DNA from: Candidatus Omnitrophota bacterium
GTDB lineage: Bacteria; Omnitrophota; Gorgyraeia; Gorgyraeales; Gorgyraeaceae
Length of the DNA stretch: 64,000 nucleotides
Assembly: GCA_018819285.1 (NCBI GenBank)
Contig: JAHJQM010000042.1
Coordinates: 45,778-109,777 of the forward strand
Direction: 5' to 3'
Part shown: in pieces, positions 29,734 through 39,363 of the stretch
Layout of the letters: each line of letters starts with the position of its first letter
Numbering within the stretch: the first letter of the stretch is position 1
The notes under the pieces: generated by a model
What the model was told of the DNA's origin: nothing
Seen by the model: the letters and a program-made list of their open reading frames with translations, nothing else
The model's database searches: none
Translations under genes and position numbers: made by a program

Positions 29734-31029
29734 TTAAAACGGTTTTTTGTATTTCAATAGAACCTTGTTATTTGTCTCTGGCTTATTTTCCTCTGCTACG
29801 TTTTTGCTATTATATTTTAATTCGCGCTCTGCTTCTACAGAAATGCCATTTGTAATTTTATATTCACTGCCTACTTTTTGAGTAGTCGTTGGCAGCTCAT
29901 CTTTCTTCTGGGACTGCTCAATAGAATAGCTAACTTCTGCCTTATCAAATACTGCTTTCTTAACCCCGCCCCCTTTTGTCTTTTGGTCATATTTTATAAA
30001 AAAGTCTCTGATGCCAAACTGATCTGCTGTCTTTGATCCTAAACCTCCAAAGAGAAAATAATCTATAAAATCCGCTATCATGCCGGGTGTTATATTATCC
30101 TTATTGCTAGTCAAAGAATCTACGCTCTTCCAGCTCTTATTAGTCGCTAGCATCATAAGCAACTGATCTTTCGAAACCGGGCGGTCTGAAGAAAGCCTCA
30201 GGTCAGGAACGCCTATAGTACCTTTCAATCCTGCCCTGATTTTTGTACCTTCAATAAGTGATTCACCTTGTATGTCAAAATAAGGTTCTTTGGGCGACCC
30301 GTTAAAACTTATACGGCTCTCGCCCAGAATAATATGCGCTGTCTTTACCCCGGATATTGATCCTCCTAGGATACTCACTGTGCCATAAAGCTTCAAATCC
30401 CCCCTAATGTCTTTTAGTTTCAGGTCAAGCTTTAAGGGACAATCATTCAGATTGAACCCCCAGCGAGATAAGGTCTTAGCCATGCAAAAGCCTTTTATCT
30501 CAGGTTCTAACAGCCCTCCTGTCACAAAAATATCAATATCCTCAAAGACTCCTGATAAGTTACCTGCAGCATCTCTATACTGTAATAATTCCATAATATC
30601 TTTTACATCAACTGCATGAGAATAAATATTAAAATCCAACAAGCCGTTTTCGTGGGTTCCAGAGAAAAATATTTTGTCAGAAGATGGTAATTTCAAACTA
30701 CCATTTTTAACCATAATCCTGAGCCGGCTAATATCAAGAGGATTGGCGTAAATCTCCAATCGTTCAATATCTAAGCTGCTGCCATTAGGTAACCACTCGA
30801 CATTGTTAAGCGATATATTTTCAAATGTGATTGTACGCGCTATGGTGCCGTCAATTTCCCCTATGGTTATATCTTTAGAAGGTATATACCGTGAAATAGC
30901 TACTTTAGAAATAAGTCTGGCCCCTAGGTTAGTGCTAATAAGCGCGTACAATATTGCAATATTTAGAATAATAGCTGCTACAATAATAATTAGGATTAAA
31001 TTTAAAGAGTTTTTGAATCTTTTCATCAT
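29734..31029 (-). CDS. AsmA/TamB-like envelope protein
   Basis: N-terminal TM, beta-rich body, C-terminal TamB-like segment (ISFNGSPKEPYFDI...LSSDRPVSKDQLLMMLAT). Confidence 0.6.
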   Translation of the reverse strand: MMKRFKNSLNLILIIIVAAIILNIAILYALISTNLGARLISKVAISRYIPSKDITIGEIDGTIARTITFENISLNNVEWLPNGSSLDIERLEIYANPLDISRLRIMVKNGSLKLPSSDKIFFSGTHENGLLDFNIYSHAVDVKDIMELLQYRDAAGNLSGVFEDIDIFVTGGLLEPEIKGFCMAKTLSRWGFNLNDCPLKLDLKLKDIRGDLKLYGTVSILGGSISGVKTAHIILGESRISFNGSPKEPYFDIQGESLIEGTKIRAGLKGTIGVPDLRLSSDRPVSKDQLLMMLATNKSWKSVDSLTSNKDNITPGMIADFIDYFLFGGLGSKTADQFGIRDFFIKYDQKTKGGGVKKAVFDKAEVSYSIEQSQKKDELPTTTQKVGSEYKITNGISVEAERELKYNSKNVAEENKPETNNKVLLKYKKPF

Positions 31030-31274
31030 TTCAATCTTATCGCTAAATCTAATATAGTATTGATAAGGAAAGACCTTAAGAACATAATTGCCAAAAAGGC
31101 AATTATCAGAGATATATCAATTTCAAATCCTAGAGCAAGTGGCAAGATATTTTTTATAGGATATAATATGTGCAACCTATCGCTAAGCAAGCCTATCATA
31201 TAGAACATAATACTAAATATCAAGTATAATTGGCTAATAAGAGATAAACAATGTTTTATATAAAACTTGGGCAT
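31026..31274 (-). CDS. YggT-like membrane protein, possibly degenerate
   Basis: C-terminal ILYPIKNILPLALGFEIDISLIIAFL matches the YggT pattern; the central loop is missing. Confidence 0.5.
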   Translation of the reverse strand: MPKFYIKHCLSLISQLYLIFSIMFYMIGLLSDRLHILYPIKNILPLALGFEIDISLIIAFLAIMFLRSFLINTILDLAIRLK

Positions 31275-31368
31275 TGATTAATTAAAGATTATTTAGAATT
31301 ACTTCGTGAAGGTCTTTTCTCTTCTTGCCTCTTAAAAAATCTAAAGTCAGTTAATGATCGGTTTTATG

Positions 31369-32067
31369 TCATCCCACCCCAGATGACTGCATAGAAAAAA
31401 CCTTGCTGATAATATCTTCTTTAGCATAACATATTAATTCATCGCCTGTTTTAATAACAACGTCGCCGTGCGGAGCTCCGATAAACTGCATCCTTTTTCC
31501 GATTTTTCTAGAAACAGCTAGGATAAGAATCCCTTTTAGATGCAGCTTCAGGTCACTTATCGGCTTATCGCTCATAGGATTGTCTTTTTTTATGGTAATC
31601 TTCGCTATAGCATAGCCCTCTCCAAGTCCAAATAGCTGTTCATAATCATAAATACGCAGAGTAGTCCATTTTTCAAGAGCCCTGGTTATAATAATTCTCA
31701 TAATATCATAGATATGCCTTGAACGAGCAAAAAGTATGATGCCCAAAAGACCTAATAATAATATCTCTACCCTCATAAGAACATTATTGCCTGTCTGGCC
31801 CACAAATGCTAAAACTAAAGTGGCCATAGAAGTAGTAACTCCTGCGCCTCCCAGAAGAATAAGAATTCTGATGATGCGCCTGCGCACAGGATGCGTAACC
31901 ATAGCTTCGGATTCAGTGGTGGTAAAACCTGCTCCTGAGAATGCTGACTGGGCTTGAAAAGAAGCTATCTCAGAAGATAATCCAGTAAGCTCTAGGGCAA
32001 TAGCGCCTATCCTTACTACAATAATCGAGAGCGCGATAATTATTAATAAACTGACTAAGGCTACCAT
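31369..32067 (-). CDS. membrane protein with TrkA-C (RCK_C) domain
   Basis: ALELTGLS, FQAQSAFSGAGFTTTESE, C-terminal GILILAVSR...PHGDVVIKTGDELI. Confidence 0.8.
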   Translation of the reverse strand: MVALVSLLIIIALSIIVVRIGAIALELTGLSSEIASFQAQSAFSGAGFTTTESEAMVTHPVRRRIIRILILLGGAGVTTSMATLVLAFVGQTGNNVLMRVEILLLGLLGIILFARSRHIYDIMRIIITRALEKWTTLRIYDYEQLFGLGEGYAIAKITIKKDNPMSDKPISDLKLHLKGILILAVSRKIGKRMQFIGAPHGDVVIKTGDELICYAKEDIISKVFSMQSSGVG

Positions 32068-32224
32068 TCTTATTCATCCTTTCTTCCAGGCTATTCTCTA
32101 TACAACAGCATTTTCCTGGTTAGAATCTTTCAAGAATAGCGCAGAGGTATTAATCTTACGGAAATCTTTCTCATCCATTGACCTGCCCCTATAACCCATT
32201 CTATAATTTTATTTATTATGCCCG

Positions 32225-34066
32225 CTACGAATACCTTTTGATTTCCCCTGCCACGGCGCCATAAGCTGGGATCCAAATCTTATTACTATCATTCTTCGCT
32301 TTTCTTTTGGACTTTCCTCCGTAACGCATAGAAGCCGTATTAAATATTTCACAAAACCTCTTTCTGCCGAAAGGAGAAAGGATATGTTGCTCTTTTTCAA
32401 GAAAGGAGACAATAACACCTAAGCGGGATGATTTTCTACCATTATATTCAAACGCAAGCCATTGATCTTGCGAGTTACAGCAGACATTCTGAAACCGCCT
32501 ATCCATAATCTTTGCCTTGCGTAAATTGATCAAATCCTTATAAAGGCGCCAGAGCTGACGTTGATAATTTACCATCTTCGGATTCCAGGTAAGCTTGGAA
32601 TCAAAAAAAGTTTTTTCGGCTTTTGGATCAGGGATATCTTTCCAACCAAAAGCCGCAAACTCTCTTTTGCGCCCTTCCTGTACCGCATGGATAAGGTCAG
32701 CGTCCCCGTGGTCAATAAAATATTGAAAAGGCGCGCGTTCCGCGTATTCCTGCCCCATAAAAAGAAGCGGGGTATAAGGAGAGAGCATCAAAAGTACAGC
32801 TGCTAATTTCTCCTTGTCAAAACTGACAATCGTTGAAAGCCGATCCCCGAATGCACGGTTTCCGACCTGATCATGATTTTGGGTGCATACAACCAGTTTT
32901 TCCGCAGGCAAGTCCTTTACAGAATTTCCGTGGCGTCTTTTGCGATGAAGCGAATATTTACCATCATAAACAAAACCATCGCAAATGACCTTAACAATAT
33001 CCTTCACGCTGCCAAAATCTTCATAATAGCCATTCCGCTCTCCGGTAAGGCAGGCATGTACCGCATGATGAAAATCATCGCTCCATTGCCCGGATAAACC
33101 GTATCCCCCCTGTGACAGCGATCGGATAATCCGCGAATCATTCAAATCGCTTTCCGCGATTACCTGAACCTGCCGGTTCTGCTTTTGCGCCAAATCCTGG
33201 ACAGATTCATTTAACTCTTGCAAAATATGCTTGGCGCTGAAATCAAAAATACCGTGAATCGCATCCAAGCGTAAAGCGTCTACATGATATTCGTCTATCC
33301 AATAAAGCGCGTTATTTATCAAGAAGCGCCTGACATGATCGCTATACTGATCGTCAAAATTAATAGCAGAGCCCCATGGCGTACAATATTTTTTCGTGAA
33401 ATACGGCCCATAGTCATGAAGGTAATTTCCCTCGGGTCCAAAATGGTTATAGATTACATCTAGACAAACCGCCAAATCATGGCTATGGCATGCATCAATA
33501 AGCTTCTTAAGGCCAGTGGGCCCGCCATAACTGTTCTGCACCGCATAAAGTCCAGCCCCGTCATAACCCCAATTCCGCGTGCCAGGAAACTGCGCCACCG
33601 GCATGATTTCAAGACAGTTGATCCCTAAACGTTTAAGATAAGGGATTTTTTTTATAGCTGATTCAAAGGTTCCTTCTGGGGTAAACGTTCCGATATGCGT
33701 TTCATAAAAAATCATTTCTCGTAAGGCCATGCCTTTCCAGTGGCAATCCTTCCATTTGTACTCCTCTGGATCAACCACACACGAAGGCCCATGAACACCC
33801 TCTGGTTGAAAGCGAGAAACTGGATCGGGACGTTCTTTTTGCCCATCTAAAACATACCTATATCGTGTTCCTGGAAAAACCTTTGAAACCTTGGCGCTAA
33901 AATATCCCTCCGCGTCTTTCTCCATCGGTTTCAATACCGCTTCACCAGAGACAAACAGCTTAAGCTCAACCTTGGAACAAAATGGGGCCCATACCTGAAA
34001 AAAATAACCATCCTGCCCTTGTTTGGTAGCACCCAAAGAAATATTAGAGCACAAAGAATTATTCAC
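32225..34066 (-). CDS. treZ: malto-oligosyltrehalose trehalohydrolase
   Basis: VWAP, PDPVSRFQPEGVHG, RNWGYDG, LRLDAIH, IAESDLND, QNHDQVGNR. Confidence 0.93.
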   Translation of the reverse strand: MNNSLCSNISLGATKQGQDGYFFQVWAPFCSKVELKLFVSGEAVLKPMEKDAEGYFSAKVSKVFPGTRYRYVLDGQKERPDPVSRFQPEGVHGPSCVVDPEEYKWKDCHWKGMALREMIFYETHIGTFTPEGTFESAIKKIPYLKRLGINCLEIMPVAQFPGTRNWGYDGAGLYAVQNSYGGPTGLKKLIDACHSHDLAVCLDVIYNHFGPEGNYLHDYGPYFTKKYCTPWGSAINFDDQYSDHVRRFLINNALYWIDEYHVDALRLDAIHGIFDFSAKHILQELNESVQDLAQKQNRQVQVIAESDLNDSRIIRSLSQGGYGLSGQWSDDFHHAVHACLTGERNGYYEDFGSVKDIVKVICDGFVYDGKYSLHRKRRHGNSVKDLPAEKLVVCTQNHDQVGNRAFGDRLSTIVSFDKEKLAAVLLMLSPYTPLLFMGQEYAERAPFQYFIDHGDADLIHAVQEGRKREFAAFGWKDIPDPKAEKTFFDSKLTWNPKMVNYQRQLWRLYKDLINLRKAKIMDRRFQNVCCNSQDQWLAFEYNGRKSSRLGVIVSFLEKEQHILSPFGRKRFCEIFNTASMRYGGKSKRKAKNDSNKIWIPAYGAVAGEIKRYS

Positions 34067-34068
34067 GC

Positions 34069-37000
34069 TTATTCCTCTATATTTGTTAAAATAGCGGCGC
34101 AGCTCTTTTGGAACAAATCAGAAACCTTAATTACCGCAGTCTGTTTACTAGATACAACATCAACCATTTGCGAGATAATTACATCCCGAAGCCTTTTCGG
34201 AACTTCCAAACCTTCCGGCCAAATAAGTTCCGTATTATTCCAAAAATAAGAATCTTCGTTTGCAGATTTATCCATAGGCCATCCAGTAAAAAATCTCCCG
34301 GCAACGACAAGCGCCAACTGCTTTCCCCGTTTTCGGATAAACGCCACAACGTTATTCTCTCTTGGCCCAACTATTTCTACTGGGATATATTCGCCGTCAA
34401 CAAATAAATCTTTGTGTTGGCGTCGAAAACAAAGTCCTTTCCACGTATAAAAAAGCTTAAGCTCTTCCAAATCTTCTTCGCCAGAACTTCGGACCATGAA
34501 TTTGCCAAATCCTTTACTGCCTGTTTTCTTTTTTATCGAATTTAAAATACGCTTCCTTGTCTCAAAATTTACACACTGACGATTATCCGGGTCCACAAGA
34601 GCATAATTCCATGTTTCATTTCCCTGATAAATATCAACAACCCCTGAGGAAGATATCTTAAGCAAAGTTGCCGAAAGACTATTGAACTTTCCAAAAAAAG
34701 CTATCCTTTTCTGAAAGGGCACAAAATTTTTCCAAAAATCACTAGATGTTCCTTGTGCAAAAATAGCATGGATAAAGCGATTAACCGCCTCTTCATATTC
34801 CGTGTTCGGTTGAGTCCAATTTGTATAGATCTTCGCTTCCCTAATCGATTTGAGCACATACTGCCAAATCCGCTCAATAAAAAGTCCTTGATTTTCCGCT
34901 GTCAATGGCTCATCCGGCCAAACTCCAATCAATGTCTGATAAATAAAATACTCTGTATTTTTCCGGGGTTCAGAAACCCCTTCAATTGTAGTTTTAAATC
35001 CCTGATTAAATTTGGACCATTCGCTAATTTTCGATTTCCATTCGTCAGGAATCTCACTAAGAACGTTAATCCGCATCCGCGCATCTTCGCTACGTTTTGT
35101 ATCATGAGTCGAAGTGGTTATCATGCTGTATGGCCAACGCTTGCTGCACACAAGATTATGCTCATGAAAATCTTTCTTCGTGTAACCAAAATAAAAAGGA
35201 TCGCCTCCGACTTCATTGAGCGAAATCAGGCGGTTGTATATATAGAAAGACGTGTCTTCGACCCCTTTGGCCATGATAGGGCTGGTTTGCTGCTGAAAAC
35301 GAAGAAGAAAATCTTGATAAAGCTCCTCTTCTTCGCTCCCAGGCTCAACATTCAAACGCAGAAGAAGAACATCTCGTAAAAAATCATAAACAGCAGGATT
35401 AAGCGCTGGGGTTTTCTTTCTCGCCTTGGCAACAGCAATACGGATATACTTCTCATCCTTTTCCGAAACGCTTGTACTCCCTGGAGATATATAAGTTCGA
35501 TAAACCGGAAAACCAGCGATCACTTCCCTTATAGCAACAGTGAGATCATTTCTGGTAAAATCCCTATATTTCCTATTGGTTTCAGAAATTCGATCGAGCC
35601 TATGACCCAACGCGTTAATTTCGCTGGCCATTGGGACTAAGCCTATAAATTTTTTCTTATTATAAACCAACTCATCAAAGTCAATCCCGTGTCCAATATA
35701 ATCTTCATACAGTTTTGCAAAGGCCTTCTCGTTCTCTGCGTTAACAAAAAGGCCGTTCGCTGCATTTAAATAATCATAACCAACCGTCCCGTGAATATTC
35801 CAATTTTCTGGTAAAGATTCCCTGCGATCTAGGATCTTTTCTGCCACCACATAAAATGCTGGTAAGGAAAAAAACTCGTTAGCAAGTAACCTTTCCAGCG
35901 CTTCACGAAGGATGTCGACATCAACCTGCTCTGCGTTTTGAATTTCTGCTCGAGAAATTTCTTCTTCCTTTAATACCATCTGTACAAGATACTCTCGCTG
36001 AAGCCTCCTAAAATAAACCGGCGGATCATAGAGACCATCAGGATGATCGATCCGAAGGCCATGGATTTTTCCTTCTTTGATCAAATTAAAAAGCAGTTCG
36101 TGATAATGCTTAAAAACTTTTTCATCTTCAATCCGTATCGCCGCAAGCTCGTTGATATCAAAAAAACGGCGATAATTAATCTCCTGCGAAGCTACGGACC
36201 AGAAGGCCAACCGATACGGCTGTAAATTTAAAAACTGGTCCATTGGGTCAAAACTTTTTGAGTCAGTTTTATTCCCATTAAAAATGAGGATACGACTTTC
36301 AATAAATCTTTTAATATCTTCACAGCGGTTAGCGAGTATTTCTAGCCGCTGTTTAGCAATTTCTTTTTCCCGGCTTCGCTCCACCATCTTTTCTGTAATA
36401 ATATCAGATGTAGGCGGTAGATTTTTAAATGCTGTAATAACGCTTAAATATTCGAGATAATCCTGATTCTCCTGACCCATCTTTTTCACAAGTTCCCCAG
36501 CTTCATCTTCCAAGATAACCGGATAAGTCTTGGGGTCAACGGGAAAACGATGGTCAAAATAAGCGAGAAAAAACTCGCCTTTTCGGTACATAAGCTGAAT
36601 ATCCTGATTTTCAAGTACGCGACCATAAAAATTCCCTAAAACCGGCAATAACACCTTTCCCCAGAGTTCCTGTTTGATTGGCCTCCAATCGATATCAAAA
36701 TATCTGGCGTACAGTGAACTGGGTCCATTCTCCAGAACATCGTTCCACCAGGGGTTATTGTTACCGGTAATCCCCATATGATTAGGAACAACATCAGCGA
36801 TTTGGCCCAAACCGTTATGCGCTAGGGTAGAACAAAACAACTCATAATCTTCCGTAGAGCCTATCTCAGGATTGATGCGGGTAGGATCAGTGACATTATA
36901 CCCATGCATACTTCCTGGCGAGGCCTGAAAATAAGGAGAGCAATAAACCGCTTCTATGCCTAGTTCATTTAAATACGGGACCATAGCAATAGCATGCCTA

Positions 37001-37164
37001 AACGTGAACTCACGGTTAAGCTGAATGCGATAAACAGATGAAGGGATAAAAACAGCTTTTATTTTCCTGCAGATTAACGTCCTCAATTTTTCTTCGCTAA
37101 AAATCTTCAGAGGAAGATTCGTTCCTTGGGGTTCATGCCCCGCGTTCAATCTTTGCTCGCTCAT
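34069..37164 (-). CDS. treY: malto-oligosyltrehalose synthase
   Basis: YRIQL, GSMHGY, DVVPNHM, NYRRFF, LRIDHPDGL, STHDTKRSED, LVDPDNR. Confidence 0.93.
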   Translation of the reverse strand: MSEQRLNAGHEPQGTNLPLKIFSEEKLRTLICRKIKAVFIPSSVYRIQLNREFTFRHAIAMVPYLNELGIEAVYCSPYFQASPGSMHGYNVTDPTRINPEIGSTEDYELFCSTLAHNGLGQIADVVPNHMGITGNNNPWWNDVLENGPSSLYARYFDIDWRPIKQELWGKVLLPVLGNFYGRVLENQDIQLMYRKGEFFLAYFDHRFPVDPKTYPVILEDEAGELVKKMGQENQDYLEYLSVITAFKNLPPTSDIITEKMVERSREKEIAKQRLEILANRCEDIKRFIESRILIFNGNKTDSKSFDPMDQFLNLQPYRLAFWSVASQEINYRRFFDINELAAIRIEDEKVFKHYHELLFNLIKEGKIHGLRIDHPDGLYDPPVYFRRLQREYLVQMVLKEEEISRAEIQNAEQVDVDILREALERLLANEFFSLPAFYVVAEKILDRRESLPENWNIHGTVGYDYLNAANGLFVNAENEKAFAKLYEDYIGHGIDFDELVYNKKKFIGLVPMASEINALGHRLDRISETNRKYRDFTRNDLTVAIREVIAGFPVYRTYISPGSTSVSEKDEKYIRIAVAKARKKTPALNPAVYDFLRDVLLLRLNVEPGSEEEELYQDFLLRFQQQTSPIMAKGVEDTSFYIYNRLISLNEVGGDPFYFGYTKKDFHEHNLVCSKRWPYSMITTSTHDTKRSEDARMRINVLSEIPDEWKSKISEWSKFNQGFKTTIEGVSEPRKNTEYFIYQTLIGVWPDEPLTAENQGLFIERIWQYVLKSIREAKIYTNWTQPNTEYEEAVNRFIHAIFAQGTSSDFWKNFVPFQKRIAFFGKFNSLSATLLKISSSGVVDIYQGNETWNYALVDPDNRQCVNFETRKRILNSIKKKTGSKGFGKFMVRSSGEEDLEELKLFYTWKGLCFRRQHKDLFVDGEYIPVEIVGPRENNVVAFIRKRGKQLALVVAGRFFTGWPMDKSANEDSYFWNNTELIWPEGLEVPKRLRDVIISQMVDVVSSKQTAVIKVSDLFQKSCAAILTNIEE

Positions 37165-39326
37165 TTCCTTCCTTTCTTAGCCAACGGTTCAATAAGAGCC
37201 CATAGAGCGAAAGAACGATTTCTTAATACATATTCCTGTTCACCCAACAATACCTGACTCTCTTGTTTATTATCATACGTATCAAATAAAAGTTCCCATT
37301 CCAATCCTGGCCTGTACGCTGGAAGGAGAAAAGAAACATCTTTGGCTGAAGCATTCATCATTAATAAGACTGTGTCTCCAATAATCCTCTCTCCTTGCTC
37401 ATCGACCTCCGGAATAGCATCTCCGGCCAAAAGTACCCCCAGGCATCGCACAGACGACGCGCTCCATGCTTCATCCGTCATTTCCTTCCCATCCATATCA
37501 AACCAGGTGATATCTTTGGCATCAGATCCGCGAATAAGCTGTCCCTGAAAAAATTTCCGTCTTCGAAAAACAGGTTGTTCTCTCCTCAAACGGATCAACT
37601 GGCGTGTAAAATAAAGCAGGCTTTCTTTTTCCGGAGTTAATTTCCAATCAACCCAGCTCAATTCATTATCCTGGCAGTATGTATTATTATTCCCTTTGTG
37701 AGTGCGTCCGATTTCATCGCCAGCAAGGATCATAGGAACCCCTTGCGATAGAAGAAGGGTTGCCAAAAAATTCCGTTTCTGGCGCTGACGTAACGCTAAA
37801 ATGACCTCGTCCTCCGCAGGCCCTTCTACGCCGCAATTCCAGCTGATATTATCATTCGACCCGTCAGCATTATCCTCGCCATTGACCTCATTATGTTTTT
37901 GGTCATAGCTGACCAAATCCTCTAAAGTAAATCCATCATGGCAGGTGATAAAATTAATACTCGCATAAGGATGCCGGCCGCCCTGCTCATAAAGATCGCT
38001 GCTGCCGCTTAAACGGGTAGCAAATTCACCTACCGTTCCTCCATCCCCCTTCCAAAACCGCCGCATGACATCACGATATTTCCCGTTCCATTCAGTCCAG
38101 CCTACGGGAAAATTTCCGACTTGGTAACCTCCTTGGCCCAAATCCCATGGTTCGGCAATCAATTTTACCTGAGAAATCACCGGATCCTGACAAATAACAT
38201 CGAAAAAAGCACCAAGTTTATCCACATTATACAACTCCCTGGCCAGCGCACTGGCTAAATCAAACCGGAATCCGTCAACATGCATCTCAAGCACCCAATA
38301 ACGCAAACTATCCATAATCATTTGAATGACACGCGGATGCTGCAGGTTAAGGGTATTGCCGCATCCCGTGAAATCCTGATAATAACGTGCATTCTCTTTC
38401 GAAATACGATAATAAGACGCATTATCAACGCCACGAAATGAAAGAGTAGGGCCCATATGGTTCCCCTCTCCAGTATGATTGTAGACGACATCCAAAATAA
38501 CCTCGATGCCTGCCTGATGAAGCATGGACACCATTTTTTTAAACTCATTAACGCCTTCTTGTGGAATAACTGAGGAAGAATACCGTACATCAGGCGCAAA
38601 AAATGATAACGTATTATAACCCCAATAATTGCTCAAGCCTTTAGTAACCAAATGCCGGTCATCAATGTGATGATGAACTGGCATAAGCTCGAGAGCGGTA
38701 ATTCCCAGCTCCTTTAAATATTTGATAACTGAATCAGTAACCAACCCAGCGTAAGTACCTCTCGTAAGCACAGGCACTTGAGGATGCTGTATAGTGAATC
38801 CTTTCATATGAAGCTCATATATAATCGTACGATTCCAGGGAATCTTTGGAGGGTTATCTCCCTTCCAATCAAAATCAGAATCAATCACAACCGCCAACGG
38901 AGCTAAGACTGAGTTGTCTCTCTCGTCAAAAGATAAATCTTCTTCCTTGTCCCCTATCCGATACCCAAACATTTCATCGCACCAGCTAACGCGTCTGCCG
39001 ATAGCCTTTGCGTAAGGGTCCAAAATAATTTTATTGTGATTAAACCTATGCCCTGATTCTGGCTCATACGGCCCATAAACGCGATATCCATAAAGCTGCC
39101 CGGGACGCGTATCAGGAAGATAACAATGCCAAATCTGGTCAGTATTTTCCGGCATCAAAATCCGGATAGTTTCTTTTTTACTTTCTATAGACTCAAAAAG
39201 ACATAGTTCAACTTTTGTCGCATTTTCCGAGAATATGGCAAAATTAACTCCTTGCCCGTCCCAAAAAGAACCTAAAGGACTTGGTCGTCCAGGCCAAACA
39301 CGCATTTTTATTGTAGAATTTCCCAC
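37161..39326 (-). CDS. glgX: glycogen debranching enzyme (isoamylase)
   Basis: NYWGYNT, DVVYNHTGEG, DGFRFDLA, KLIAEPWD, NFITCHDGF. Confidence 0.95.
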   Translation of the reverse strand: MGNSTIKMRVWPGRPSPLGSFWDGQGVNFAIFSENATKVELCLFESIESKKETIRILMPENTDQIWHCYLPDTRPGQLYGYRVYGPYEPESGHRFNHNKIILDPYAKAIGRRVSWCDEMFGYRIGDKEEDLSFDERDNSVLAPLAVVIDSDFDWKGDNPPKIPWNRTIIYELHMKGFTIQHPQVPVLTRGTYAGLVTDSVIKYLKELGITALELMPVHHHIDDRHLVTKGLSNYWGYNTLSFFAPDVRYSSSVIPQEGVNEFKKMVSMLHQAGIEVILDVVYNHTGEGNHMGPTLSFRGVDNASYYRISKENARYYQDFTGCGNTLNLQHPRVIQMIMDSLRYWVLEMHVDGFRFDLASALARELYNVDKLGAFFDVICQDPVISQVKLIAEPWDLGQGGYQVGNFPVGWTEWNGKYRDVMRRFWKGDGGTVGEFATRLSGSSDLYEQGGRHPYASINFITCHDGFTLEDLVSYDQKHNEVNGEDNADGSNDNISWNCGVEGPAEDEVILALRQRQKRNFLATLLLSQGVPMILAGDEIGRTHKGNNNTYCQDNELSWVDWKLTPEKESLLYFTRQLIRLRREQPVFRRRKFFQGQLIRGSDAKDITWFDMDGKEMTDEAWSASSVRCLGVLLAGDAIPEVDEQGERIIGDTVLLMMNASAKDVSFLLPAYRPGLEWELLFDTYDNKQESQVLLGEQEYVLRNRSFALWALIEPLAKKGRK

Positions 39327-39363
39327 ACTCTCTCCCTGAACATACCAGCTATATATATTTTAT

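Noticed and set aside
18793-35379. Numerous plus-strand ORFs of up to ~200 aa antisense to cusA, copA and treY
   Set aside because: Shadow frames of well-supported minus-strand genes, with no independent motifs.
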